From an uncultured Microthrixaceae bacterium (GTDB lineage: Bacteria; Actinomycetota; Acidimicrobiia; Acidimicrobiales; VFJN01), in assembly GCA_963703565.1 (NCBI GenBank), contig CAVPEW010000034.1, positions 2,878 through 66,877 of the forward strand: DNA of 64,000 nt. The letters run 5' to 3'. The notes under the pieces were generated by a model, which saw nothing but the letters and a program-made list of their open reading frames with translations, ran no database searches and had not been told where the DNA came from. This document shows, piece by piece, positions 6,053 to 14,921 of the stretch. Each line of letters opens with the position of its first letter. The first letter of the stretch is position 1. A program made the translations under genes and the position numbers.

Positions 6053-9000
6053 TCACAAGGACCGTCCCAGGCTGCGATGAGGCGGCTCGATCTCCGGCTG
6101 CCGACCGAGAGCCCGATCCAGGCGTTCGACGGCCTGAACCGCCGCCCAGTGACTGGCCGCGTACGCGTCCTGGCCGAACGGACGGGGGGTTGGACCCGCG
6201 AGCGTGGTTCCGTGCAGCTCGAAGGCAAGGTGGTGCTGCGCGAGCCGCCCTGCGGTGTCCTGCCAGAGCTCGCGCTCCGGCCCGCTGCTGGGCGACGATC
6301 CGATTCGGTCCAAGACGACCTCGGGCAGCGTGACCTCCGCGTCCCGTCCTCGGAGTTGGGCGTCGTGCTCGAGCGCATGGCTGACAAGCCCGAGCTCGGT
6401 CCGCAGCTCCCGGAGGTCGGCGACGTCGGCTTCTGCCTGACCGAGGCGCCGATCGGCATGAGGTACCTGGCGCTCCAGCTCCGCGAGCTTGGCCCGTGCC
6501 TCGTCGATCGAGCCCGGCAGCGAGTTCACCCAAGAACGCGCGCGATCGATCTCGGCTCGATGTCGGCGCCGGAGCAACGGGCGGTCCAGCTCGGCGAGCT
6601 TCTCGCTCGCATCGATGAGCCTGGCTCGGTAGTCCTCGATCGACCGGCGCACCGCGTCCTGCTGGTTCGCCAGCATGCGGACCCGTGCTCGAGTGGCATC
6701 GAGCTTCGCCGGCGCCTGGGAGATCCGCTTGTCCAGCTCAGCATGACGTTCGAGGAGCTCACGAAGCTCCCTGCCCGGTAGCGGCCGGTCGGGCGCACGC
6801 TGGCGTCCGTCACCGTCCGACCGTCCCGCCGTCGCGCGCACCTCCGCCCGGACGGCGACCGCCGGTCGATCGATCCACGATCGGCTGAGCGCCTCGGCGA
6901 TAACGTCGGCTGGAGTCTCCTCACCTCGGATCACGACGAACGCATCGTTCGACTCCCGGCCCCTGGTCATCGGAACGTAGATGCCACTCGCACCGGCGGG
7001 GCCGTCGAGGTACAGGAACGAGCGATCGACCGTCCGGCCCTGATTGGCGTGGCTGGTTTCGGCGTAGGCGAGCTCGACGTGCTCGCGCACGTAGTCGGCC
7101 GGCAGCTTCACGGTTCCGGTCTTGCCCGCCACCGTCAGGGTGCCGTCCCGGTGGATCGCTTCGACCGTCCACCGGTCGCGGTTCTTGACCATGAGGTGCC
7201 GGTCGGTGACGAGCTGGCGGGCGTTCTGGCGCGTGGCGACGAGGTCGCCCCGGTGAACGCGGTACGGCCCGACCTCGACGGCCCGGCCCGCAGGGTCGAG
7301 GTCGCCGGCCTCGAGTCGGCGCCGCTGTGCTTCGAGGTTGAGCGCCACGACCGCCGCGTTGGTCGGTGCCATCATCGACGCCGATTCGCCTCGATCGAGG
7401 GCCGCACGCCATTCGTCGACGACCGCGTTGCGCATCTGCCGGGCGGTCCCGCCGTGGAGGCGGTCGTGCTGTTCGTAGGTGTCGATAACCGTGGTGTCCC
7501 CGCGGCGGAGCCGGAGGCTGGCCTCCCGTTCCCAGTCGTGGTTGAACCGGTGGACCCGGCCGAGCTCGATGGCGCCGAAGGTGTCCACGAAGTGGCCGAA
7601 CATGCCGGACCGGCCGACGGCGGCGAACTGCAACGGGTCGCCGATCATCGCCAGGCGCCATCCACGTCGCTCGGCCAGCTCCATGAGTTCTGCGAGCCGA
7701 GGCGTCGGAACCATCGCGGTCTCGTCCACGATCACGGTCGAGCCCGGAGGGAGGTCGTAGCGATGGTCCGGCGGCCGGTCCAGGTTGTGCTCGACGAGGA
7801 GCTTGTCGACGGTGTCGGCATCGGCCGATGCATCGACCGCCAGGACCTCGGCGGCCGCCGCCGACGGAGCGACGCCGAACACCGGGCGGCCCTCCCGACG
7901 GAGCTGGTCGACGGCCGGGCGGAGCGCCGTCGTCTTGCCGGTGCCGGCGGGCCCGACGGCGAGCACCAGCGACCGGTCGCCGGCGACGGCTTCGGCCAGT
8001 GCCCGCTGCGGCGCGTCGAGCTGCTCGTGCGCCTCGATGCTCCGGTCGGTGCCGCCGGCGGCCAGGCGACGCTCGGCCAGAGCGAGGAGCCGCTCCTCCT
8101 GGGCGAGGATGCTCGGAAGGCTCAGGATGCGGTCGACCGCCGCCTCGGTGGTGGGCCGACCGTCCCGACGGAGCTGCGCGCCGGCGGGGCTCGGGCGTGA
8201 GAGGTCAACCATCCTCGCGGCGACGACCTTGTCGGCCACGTCGTCGAGCCAGGGGGTGAGCTTGCCGGCGGCGATCCCGAGGTTGGTCGGCACGACGGCC
8301 GCGAGCTCTCGCACCAGCTCGGCGACGCGCCAGGTGGACTGCTTCTCGGCGAGCGCCTCGAGTGCTCGCTCCACGACCTGCTCCGCTGTGCGCTGGTCCA
8401 GGCGATCGATGCCGCGCTCGACCCCGATGGCCTTCGATACCACCTGCTCCCTGTCGAGGCCGAGGTCGGCCAGGCGGCCGAGCCAATCGGCCTCCAAGGT
8501 CTGCTCGTCGGCCTCGGCTTTGGGCGGCCGACTGTCCAGCACCGCCTCGCGCTCGAGCTGCCACCTCTCCCGCGGCGTGGGCTGGCGTTCGAATGAGTCG
8601 ACGAACCGTTCGAGCTTGTCCTCGTAACGGGCGTCGACCGCCTCGGTGCGCTGGGAGAACTCAGCGAGCACGTGGTCGGGGACGTCGCGGATCTCAGCAA
8701 TGCCGTTGACGGGGTCGTGCCACCGGACGCCGAGTCTCAGCGTGGTCTCAGCGCGGAGGCCAGCCTGGTAGATCCGGCTCAGCGTCTGCTGGTCTCGCTT
8801 GATGGTGCGGGCGTCGAGCGCCAGCCACCTTCCGTCGGGTGACCACACGCGGTTGACGACGACCGCGTGGGAGTGGAGCTGGGGATCGAGAAGCTCGGCT
8901 GGTGTGCTGACGGAAGACGGCCGCGGTGATGCCATCGGCGTCGAAGACGCGGACGTCGCCGTTGACCCGGTAGCGGCAGTGGGCGTGACGGTCGATCCAG

Positions 9001-9356
9001 TCGACGACGCTGGCTACGGCGGCATCGTGGGCGTCAAGGACGTCCTGGCGAACGGCGTCATCACCGAACGCGAACAGCATCGACACGGACTTGGGTGCCG
9101 AGCAGGTGACGTCGTAGCCGCGCACGGTTCGGTCAGTGTGGCGAGTACCGAGCGCGCGGCCAGAGACCGGATCAACGCCGGCCATGAGATCAAGGAAGTC
9201 GTCTTCCTCGATGGCGCCGGTGAGTCCGAGCCGGTCCGCTCCTCTGCCGTGCCACATGCCAGGCGGCTCGCCGCGGTCGAGGTAGTAGCCGAGCTGGTCC
9301 TCGACGTAGTAGCGCCCAGCGTCGGCGCCCCGCAGAGTCGTGGTCCGCGCGGTCAC
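6053..9356 (-). CDS. traA: MOBF-type conjugative relaxase (TrwC/TraA-like) with a helicase domain; apparent +1 frameshift near 8890
   Basis: The N-terminal relaxase domain is in the frame of track ORF 8748..9851 (GTG at 9356: VTARTTTLRGADAGRYYVEDQLGYYL...DVTCSAPKSVS...AAVFRQHTSRA). It continues in ORF 6053..8935 (..LLDPQLHSHAVVVN...). A P-loop ATPase/helicase region follows (VGPAGTGKTT...IVDETAMV...), then a long coiled-coil tail. The junction is AGC CGA GCT [T]CT CGA TCC CC. Confidence 0.8.
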
Positions 9357-9444
9357 GTTTCGCTCCCGCACGAGCGCGTGCACTCGTCTGTCCTTCGGTG
9401 CGACAGGTGGGCTGCGGGGCGGCGGGACATCGGGAAGCTCGCAA

Positions 9445-9780
9445 TCAGGCGGGTCGGCCGTCGGGAACGACGGTGATGCCGGACTCGTCGAGATGGACGA
9501 CGTAGGTCGTCGGTCGGAAGGTGGCGCCTGGCCGTCGGTCGACGGGCTCGATGACGCCGGCGCGGGCGAGCTGGCGCAGGCACCGGTGCACCGTGTCCTT
9601 CGACAGGAACTGGAGCCGCTCTGCGATCTCGCGGGTGCTCGCCTGCGCGACGAGATCACTGTCGCGACACTCCGCCCGGGCCAGCAGATCGTGGAGCACT
9701 GCCAGCGCTTGCGGCCCGTTGGCGCGGAGGAACGACAGCGCCGCCGGATAGCGATGCTCGATCCGGACCTCAGGCGGCAT
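9445..9780 (-). CDS. Winged-helix DNA-binding protein (hypothetical)
   Basis: Taken from MPPEVRIEHRYPAALSFLRANGPQALAVLHDLLARAE...STREIAERLQFLSKDTVHRCLRQLARAGVIEPV (HTH). It lies directly upstream of the relaxase gene. The start was chosen inside track ORF 9445..9936. Confidence 0.5.
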   Translation of the reverse strand: MPPEVRIEHRYPAALSFLRANGPQALAVLHDLLARAECRDSDLVAQASTREIAERLQFLSKDTVHRCLRQLARAGVIEPVDRRPGATFRPTTYVVHLDESGITVVPDGRPA

Positions 9781-9997
9781 CGCTGCCTCCCGTCGGGTCC
9801 AGCTCGATGAGCGCCAGTCGCAGCAGCGCCGCCGTGGGGATACGGAGGCAACGACCGAACTGCACCACCGGGATGCCTTCCCTGCCGCCGGACTCGCGCC
9901 AGAGGCGCGTCTGCTCATAGAGCTGCGACCGACCAAGCTGGGTCAGCTCCTGTGCTTGCTCGACCCGCAGGAACGGCGGAAGGTCGTCGTATCGCAT
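9770..9997 (-). CDS. xis: Excisionase-like / MerR-type HTH DNA-binding protein
   Basis: The translation is MRYDDLPPFLRVEQAQELTQLGRSQLYEQTRLWRESGGREGIPVVQFGRCLRIPTAALLRL. This 75-aa protein has the layout of Xis/AlpA-type HTH_17 proteins. It is divergent from the XRE-integrase pair. Confidence 0.6.
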   Translation of the reverse strand: MRYDDLPPFLRVEQAQELTQLGRSQLYEQTRLWRESGGREGIPVVQFGRCLRIPTAALLRLALIELDPTGGSDAA

Positions 9998-10021
9998 CGC
10001 CACCTCCGGCGAAGCCCAACA

Positions 10022-10059
10022 CCTTACTCTGGCGTAAGGCATCATTCCATGATGGAATG
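10022..10059. promoter_or_regulatory. Two palindromes in the xis / XRE divergent intergenic region (candidate operators)
   Basis: CCTTAC-n6-GTAAGG lies at 10022-10039. A perfect 17-bp palindrome CATTCCAT-G-ATGGAATG lies at 10043-10059. Both sit between the xis start (9997) and the XRE start (10123). Confidence 0.4.
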
Positions 10060-10122
10060 GCGGAACGGACAGCGCAACACCGGGGAGCCCGCGACCTGTC
10101 CCCCATCTGAGACGGAGGGTGC

Positions 10123-10893
10123 ATGGCGAGAGCCAAGGCCGAGGACAAGCGAGGCTGGGCGGCAAGCCAGGTCGTCGCGCACAACCTCACGAAGGCGCGC
10201 GAGCTTCGGGGGCTCACACAGGCCGAGATCGCCGAGCGCCTGAGCCGATTCACCGGCGCGCCGTGGAGCCCGACGACCGTGGCGCAGGCCGAGGGATCGG
10301 TCAGCGGTCAGCGGATCCGGCAGTTCACCGCCAACGAGCTCGTCGCGCTCGCGCGCACCTTCGACCTGCCGGTGCTGTTCTTCTTCCTGCCGCCTGATGA
10401 CGGCGAGGGCCGGCTCGTGACGGACGATGCCAAGGGCGGGCTGCCGTGGGAGTATCTGCTCGTCGTCCTGCTCGGGCATCGTGGCAACTTCCCGGTGCTG
10501 GCCGACCGCACGGCCAACTGGGCCCACCTCCTGGCCAACGGCATCGACATCCCGCGCTCGGACGCCCTGCCCGACGACGACCCGATCCTCAGTGAAATCG
10601 CCGGCAGCCGTCGCCGGGAGCCGCTGCTCCCCGAGGATGTTCTCGCCGCTGTGTTCCATGGCTTGGCGTCACGGCACATGCGTGGCGCTCCCCGGCCGGG
10701 TGACGACGTCGCCACCATGGCCGCCAACCTTCGTGGTCTCGCCGATGCGCTGACCGCCTTCAACAACTACCGACCCGGCGAGTTCGTCGACGAACGAGTT
10801 GCCGCCGAGGTCGCCGAGCAACGCAAGCAACGCGAGCGACGACGGCGAACCGCCGCCGAGGCCGCGCCGGCCGGAGAGGACGACGATGAGTAG
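10123..10893 (+). CDS. XRE-family HTH regulator with a C-terminal domain of unknown function
   Basis: The N-terminus ...VVAHNLTKARELRGLTQAEIAERLSRFTG...TVAQAEG is a Cro/C1-type HTH. The stop overlaps the integrase ATG by 8 nt. Confidence 0.75.
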   Translation: MARAKAEDKRGWAASQVVAHNLTKARELRGLTQAEIAERLSRFTGAPWSPTTVAQAEGSVSGQRIRQFTANELVALARTFDLPVLFFFLPPDDGEGRLVTDDAKGGLPWEYLLVVLLGHRGNFPVLADRTANWAHLLANGIDIPRSDALPDDDPILSEIAGSRRREPLLPEDVLAAVFHGLASRHMRGAPRPGDDVATMAANLRGLADALTAFNNYRPGEFVDERVAAEVAEQRKQRERRRRTAAEAAPAGEDDDE

Positions 10894-12250
10894 CCGAGCG
10901 AACGTCAGCAAGCGAGGATCGACCTGGACGTACTACGTCTACGTGACCGGCGGCGACGGCCGGCGCCGACAAGTGTCCAAGGGCGGGTTCCGGACCCGCA
11001 AGGAGGCCGAGGCCGCTCGCGTTCGAGCGCTGAGCACCTTGCAGAACGGCACGTGGGTACGCCCGGAGCGGGTCACGGTCCGCGAGTTCCTCGAGGACGA
11101 GTGGTTGCCGACGCAGGCGCCGCCAACCCTGGAGGAGAGCACCTACCGCTCCTACCGCCGCTACGTCCGGCTCCACGTCGTGCCCTACATCGGCGGCATC
11201 CCGCTCCAACAGCTCAAGCCGATGGAGCTCACGGCGCTCTACCGCCAGCTGCTGGAATCCGGCCGCCGCCAGCCGACGCCGCCCGCCCGGGTGCACCCGC
11301 CCGAACTCGGCGCCATGGTCGACCGCCTTCGAGCCGACGGTCTCACGTGGCAGGCGGTCGCCGACGAGGTGGCCGCGGCCTTCCCTGATGCCGGCGGGTT
11401 TACTCGTCACGCCGTCGCCGGCCTCCACCGGCGCCGTCACGCGCCTGCGCCCGCATCGTCCCGGCCGGCAGGGCTCAAGCCGCGCACCGTGCTCTACATC
11501 CACTCGATCATCCACGCAGCGCTGAAGGACGCCATGCGGTGGAACCGAGTGGCGCGCAACGTCGCCGACGCCGCCATTCCCCCGCCAACCGGCGCGACCA
11601 AGCGCGGTCAGCACACGACCTGGACCGGCGACCAGCTCCGCCGCTTCATCGACTTCATCGCCGAGGACCGCTACCTGACGCCGTGGATCTTCCTCGCGAC
11701 GACCGGCTGCCGCCGCGGCGAGTGCCTCGGCCTTCGCTGGGGCGATCTGGACCTCGACGGGTCCACGGCGGTCATCTCACGCCAGGTGACATCGATCGAC
11801 CACACGATCGTCGTCAAGGAGCTGCCCAAGACGAAGCGCGGGCACATGGTCTCGCTCGACTCCAGCACAGTGACCGTGCTCCGTCGGTGGCGAGCGCAGC
11901 AGAATGAGGAGAAGCTCCTCGTCGGCCCCGGCTACGCGGACGAGGGCTACGTGTTCTGCAAGCCCGACGGCACCGTGTATGACCCCGACCGCTTCAGCCG
12001 GGAGTTCGACCGCAAGCAGGTGCAATTCAATCGGGCGCACGCCGATGATGCGCTACCGAGGCTGACGCTCCACGGCCTGCGCCACACGTGGGCGACGTTG
12101 GCGCTCCACGAGGGCATCGACATCAAGGTCGTCAGCGACCGGCTCAACCACTCGAGCACCTTCGTGACGCGGGAGATCTACACGCACGTCACGCCTCCGA
12201 TGCAGAGCGACGCCGCCGAGCGCGTAGCGAACTCGATCTTCGGCGGTTGA
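10886..12250 (+). CDS. int: Tyrosine-type site-specific integrase
   Basis: Taken from the ATG at 10886 (MSSRANVSKRGSTWTYYVYV...RRQVSKGGFRTRKEAEAAR, an arm-binding-type N-domain). The catalytic region contains ...TGCRRGECLGLRWGDLDL... and ...HGLRHTWATLALHEGIDIKVVSDRLNHSSTFVTREIYTHV (R, HxxR, H, Y). Confidence 0.9.
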   Translation: MSSRANVSKRGSTWTYYVYVTGGDGRRRQVSKGGFRTRKEAEAARVRALSTLQNGTWVRPERVTVREFLEDEWLPTQAPPTLEESTYRSYRRYVRLHVVPYIGGIPLQQLKPMELTALYRQLLESGRRQPTPPARVHPPELGAMVDRLRADGLTWQAVADEVAAAFPDAGGFTRHAVAGLHRRRHAPAPASSRPAGLKPRTVLYIHSIIHAALKDAMRWNRVARNVADAAIPPPTGATKRGQHTTWTGDQLRRFIDFIAEDRYLTPWIFLATTGCRRGECLGLRWGDLDLDGSTAVISRQVTSIDHTIVVKELPKTKRGHMVSLDSSTVTVLRRWRAQQNEEKLLVGPGYADEGYVFCKPDGTVYDPDRFSREFDRKQVQFNRAHADDALPRLTLHGLRHTWATLALHEGIDIKVVSDRLNHSSTFVTREIYTHVTPPMQSDAAERVANSIFGG

Positions 12251-12348
12251 CCACCGGAATCTGTGGTTCCCCGTGAGGCCGATTGCTGAGCTTCCGCCGG
12301 GTGATCCGCGGGCCGCCGCTCGACGTCCGCCGGGCGTCACTACGGTGC

Positions 12349-13374
12349 ATGTCGATGGGTGACATCACGTTCATCGGTCAGCGGGAGCCGGTCGACGAGT
12401 ACGGCCGAGCCCTCTACGCGGTAGCGCGCTCGATCATCCGGGCGCAGCTCGACCAGCTGACCGCCGACGACCTCACCGACCTGAACTGCGACCGCGTCGA
12501 CGTGTCAATGCGGCAACTCGCGAAGGTCTCTCGCCTGGACAGAGACAAAGGCATGAGGGGTGACGGCTTCGAGTGGGCGGTGCACGAGGCCACTACCGGC
12601 GGCGAGCCACGAGTAGTCCAGCTGCTGTCAGACGTGCTGCCTCGACTGTCACCGCGGGCATTCAAGGGAATGGGCTCGCCGACGTCCCTGCTCTTTGGCT
12701 ACGAGCGCGCGAAGTACCTCGGCTTCCTCGACGCCGTTGTGGACAACGCGGGGGGCGACGCTCTGCTCCTTCCAGACGGCAACCAGGGCCGGCCCTTCTA
12801 CTTCGGGCCGTGGGTCACGCTGGCCGCGAAGGGCGAGCGGGCAGAGCCGCAGCTGCGCCCGCGCATCAAGAAGGTGTGGAAGACCGATCTGTTCCTGTCC
12901 TCACAGGATTCCTGGCGCTACGTAGCAGCCACGGTGAAGAGCAACTGGAAGCTGCTTGAGGCCGGACCAGGTCTCCGTGTTGGCATCGTTCCGGAAGCCA
13001 AGGACCTTCGTCCGGGAGTGCGTTACAAGGACGGTCTGTGGCTTGCCGTGTTGCCTGATCCGGACGGCTTCATGGGCCTCTTCAACGACGCGTACTGGTC
13101 GGTCGCCGCGTCTGTGTGCACGCTCGGCAAGCACGTGCGACCGCCCTACTACATGAAACCAACGGCAAAGGGTGAGCGACTGCAAGCGCAGCTCGAGAGG
13201 TATCCGACGGCGAAGGTCATCGACATCGAAGGCGCCCTCAACGAGGCCGCCCAGCAAGATCTCGTCGCGGTAGAACACACCCTCGTGTCGGTCCAAGCTC
13301 CAGAGTGGCTTCATATCAACGAGACGCGCACGCCCGTGATCGCAGCCAAGCCAAGTTTCGAGCCTCTGGACTAG
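12349..13374 (+). CDS. Hypothetical protein (341 aa), weak PD-(D/E)xK-like pattern
   Basis: Long ORF with sensible composition in a lower-GC patch, start ATG 12349 (MSMGDITFIGQ...). Possible nuclease-like elements are GFEWAVHEA, KTDLFLSS and ATVKSNWK. I recognise no family. Confidence 0.55.
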   Translation: MSMGDITFIGQREPVDEYGRALYAVARSIIRAQLDQLTADDLTDLNCDRVDVSMRQLAKVSRLDRDKGMRGDGFEWAVHEATTGGEPRVVQLLSDVLPRLSPRAFKGMGSPTSLLFGYERAKYLGFLDAVVDNAGGDALLLPDGNQGRPFYFGPWVTLAAKGERAEPQLRPRIKKVWKTDLFLSSQDSWRYVAATVKSNWKLLEAGPGLRVGIVPEAKDLRPGVRYKDGLWLAVLPDPDGFMGLFNDAYWSVAASVCTLGKHVRPPYYMKPTAKGERLQAQLERYPTAKVIDIEGALNEAAQQDLVAVEHTLVSVQAPEWLHINETRTPVIAAKPSFEPLD

Positions 13375-13414
13375 CGCCGCGCTAGACGTCCCACGACCGC
13401 TCGCACGATCCGCC

Positions 13415-13960
13415 TCATGGGACCTTTCGCCGACGGGTCCGCGTCGCCGCCTTCGTAGTCGCGATGAGGGCGTCGATCGTTTCGAGCATCATGAGCGCGC
13501 GGGCCGGCTCGTCGTCGATCAAGGAGTGAGCCCTCGGGTTTCGCCATGCGCCGACGACGCCTTGGCACAGGTGCATGTGTCCACGCTGCTCGCTCTCATC
13601 GCTCTTGATCCTACCTGCGTTCACCCGGAGCAGTGGTGCGTTCGGAGAGAACGCCACCGTCATCAACGCGTCCCCGTCTTCCGTCCGTCCGGTCCGGCCC
13701 CGAACGCATTCGTTCAAGGCCTTCACCCCCGCCTCGACCGCATCTGCGTAGTGGGTCGACACGAAGCGGGACCGCGTCGCTGCTCGCAGATCCGGGTCGG
13801 CTACTCGGCGGTCGAACTCGGCGAGCAGATCGTCCCTCGGGGGGAGGACCTCCGGGGCAGCCGCCGTCGCTTGGTCGTGCGGCTGGGAGAACTCGGCAAG
13901 GTCTCCCGCCAACCGCCGCGCGATCCCGATCAGTCTCTCGCCGCCCGTCATGCGAGTCAC
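13415..13960 (-). CDS. TIGR02391 (Hypoth_ymh)-family protein
   Basis: The C-terminal region ...THYADAVEAGVKALNECVRGRTGRTEDGDALMTVAFS...GVVGAWRNPRAHSLIDDEPARALMMLETIDALI matches the TIGR02391 pattern as I remember it (AV..A.K......dG..Lm..aF ... RNp.aH). The GTG start overlaps the upstream gene's stop (GTGA). Confidence 0.7.
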   Translation of the reverse strand: MTRMTGGERLIGIARRLAGDLAEFSQPHDQATAAAPEVLPPRDDLLAEFDRRVADPDLRAATRSRFVSTHYADAVEAGVKALNECVRGRTGRTEDGDALMTVAFSPNAPLLRVNAGRIKSDESEQRGHMHLCQGVVGAWRNPRAHSLIDDEPARALMMLETIDALIATTKAATRTRRRKVP

Positions 13961-14631
13961 TGCTTGTACAAGTGCCTCGCCATGCTCTCGAAGATCTGAT
14001 CAATCTGCTCGGCCGAAGCATCCGCAGGAATGTGGATCTGGATATCGAGATGCACGTTCGGCCCCGCGCCGGGGGTCTGCTTCGACGGCTCCGGAGTGAC
14101 GATCGCCGGCGGGTCGGGTGGCGTCGAGGTCGTCCTTGTTGTCGGAGCTGCCGCCTTCTTCGCTGGCGTCTTCTTCGTCGTCGCCTTCTTTGGCTCGGTC
14201 GCCACCGTGTCGGGCACTTGCTTGCTGGCGATCATCACGTAGGTCGCCGCCATCTGCCGAGAGTTCGACCCGCCGAAGCCCTTGTGGTCAAACCAGGTCT
14301 TGACGAGCTGAGGGTCCGGCGCACCCGACCCGTCCGCAAGGGCCGACAAGTCGGCGGGATAGATCTCGTCGAGGATCTCCTGACACGCGTCCGCGTAAGA
14401 GGCGTCGACCCGCCACTTGTTGCCCCGCGCGGTGAGCGCGCCATCCTCGTCGATCAAGCCCAGCTTCCGCATCGGGCTCACGGTGTTGTCGCGCGCGCTC
14501 TCTGGACTGGCCATGCCCATCAAGGCTGCGACCGTCGACGGCGTGAACTTCGTTGAGGGGGCGGCCGCCGCGCGGGAGCGAAGTGCTCGCCACGCCTTTG
14601 TGGTGACCTTCGGATAACCATTCGATGCCAT
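13957..14631 (-). CDS. DUF5343-like protein with a Pro/Thr/Lys-rich linker
   Basis: The N-domain reads MASNGYPKVTTKAWRALRSRAAAAPSTKFTPSTVAALMGMASPESARDNTVSPMRKLGLIDEDGALTARGNKWR...EILDEIYPADL...WFDHKGFGGSNSRQMAATYVMIAS. This resembles DUF5343 proteins from memory. It is followed by a low-complexity linker and the conserved-looking tail NVHLDIQIHIPADASAEQIDQIFESMARHLYKQ. Confidence 0.6.
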   Translation of the reverse strand: MASNGYPKVTTKAWRALRSRAAAAPSTKFTPSTVAALMGMASPESARDNTVSPMRKLGLIDEDGALTARGNKWRVDASYADACQEILDEIYPADLSALADGSGAPDPQLVKTWFDHKGFGGSNSRQMAATYVMIASKQVPDTVATEPKKATTKKTPAKKAAAPTTRTTSTPPDPPAIVTPEPSKQTPGAGPNVHLDIQIHIPADASAEQIDQIFESMARHLYKQ

Positions 14632-14647
14632 GCGTGCCTCCGCCCGC

Positions 14648-14718
14648 GCGAACTACATCGATGAGATTACCCGCGCCGTGTAACAGTCCACAGAGGGTTG
14701 CTGACAAATCGCGGACAA
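14648..14718. repeat. Right-end copies of the sub-terminal motifs
   Basis: GCGAACTACA at 14648-14657 is the inverted 9/10 copy of TGTAGTTTGC. TGCTGACAAATCGCGGACAA at 14699-14718 is identical to 676-695. Both lie 70-140 bp inside the tRNA-proximal att core. Confidence 0.5.
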
Positions 14719-14785
14719 ACGGCCTCTGGAGCCCGCTCGCCGGCCTCGCCGCACCGCCCTGACCAGCACCTTCGCGCTGATCCTG

Positions 14786-14872
14786 TGGTGTCGGAGGGGG
14801 GACTTGAACCCCCACGCCCTTGCGGGCACCAGCCCCTCAAGCTGGCGCGTCTGCCTATTCCGCCACTCCGAC
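14786..14872 (-). tRNA. tRNA-Leu (anticodon GAG), class II, with encoded CCA
   Basis: The reverse complement folds by hand as follows. Acceptor GTCGGAG/CTCCGAC. D-arm GCG-GAATAGGCAGA-CGC. Anticodon stem CCAGC/GCTGG with loop TTGAGGG (anticodon GAG). Long variable arm GCCC-GCAA-GGGC. T-arm GGGGG-TTCAAGT-CCCCC. Discriminator A followed by CCA. Confidence 0.93.
14788..14809. repeat. tRNA-proximal att core (22 bp, inside the tRNA-Leu 3' end)
   Basis: Identical to 524-545. Confidence 0.85.
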
Positions 14873-14921
14873 GTGGACCGATGAAGGTAGCACGCACCTC
14901 CGGCGGGCCTGTGTGGGTCGG

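Larger units (their letters stand above)
524..14809. mobile_element. Integrative, probably mobilizable, element inserted at the 3' end of tRNA-Leu(GAG), ~14.3 kb
   Basis: Bounded by a perfect 22-bp direct repeat, one copy of which is the tRNA 3' end. It contains a tyrosine integrase, an Xis-like HTH protein, an XRE regulator, a MOBF relaxase and defence-type cargo. Several stretches are visibly lower in GC (565-760, 2950-3260, 5800-6050, 12250-13400). No T4SS, coupling-protein or FtsK-like translocase gene is visible. Confidence 0.8.

Noticed and set aside
13371-13385. Palindrome CTAGCGC-C-GCGCTAG between the convergent 341-aa gene and the TIGR02391 gene
   Set aside because: It is short (7-bp arms) and includes the stop codon of the plus-strand gene. 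It could be a bidirectional terminator, but the evidence is too weak to call.
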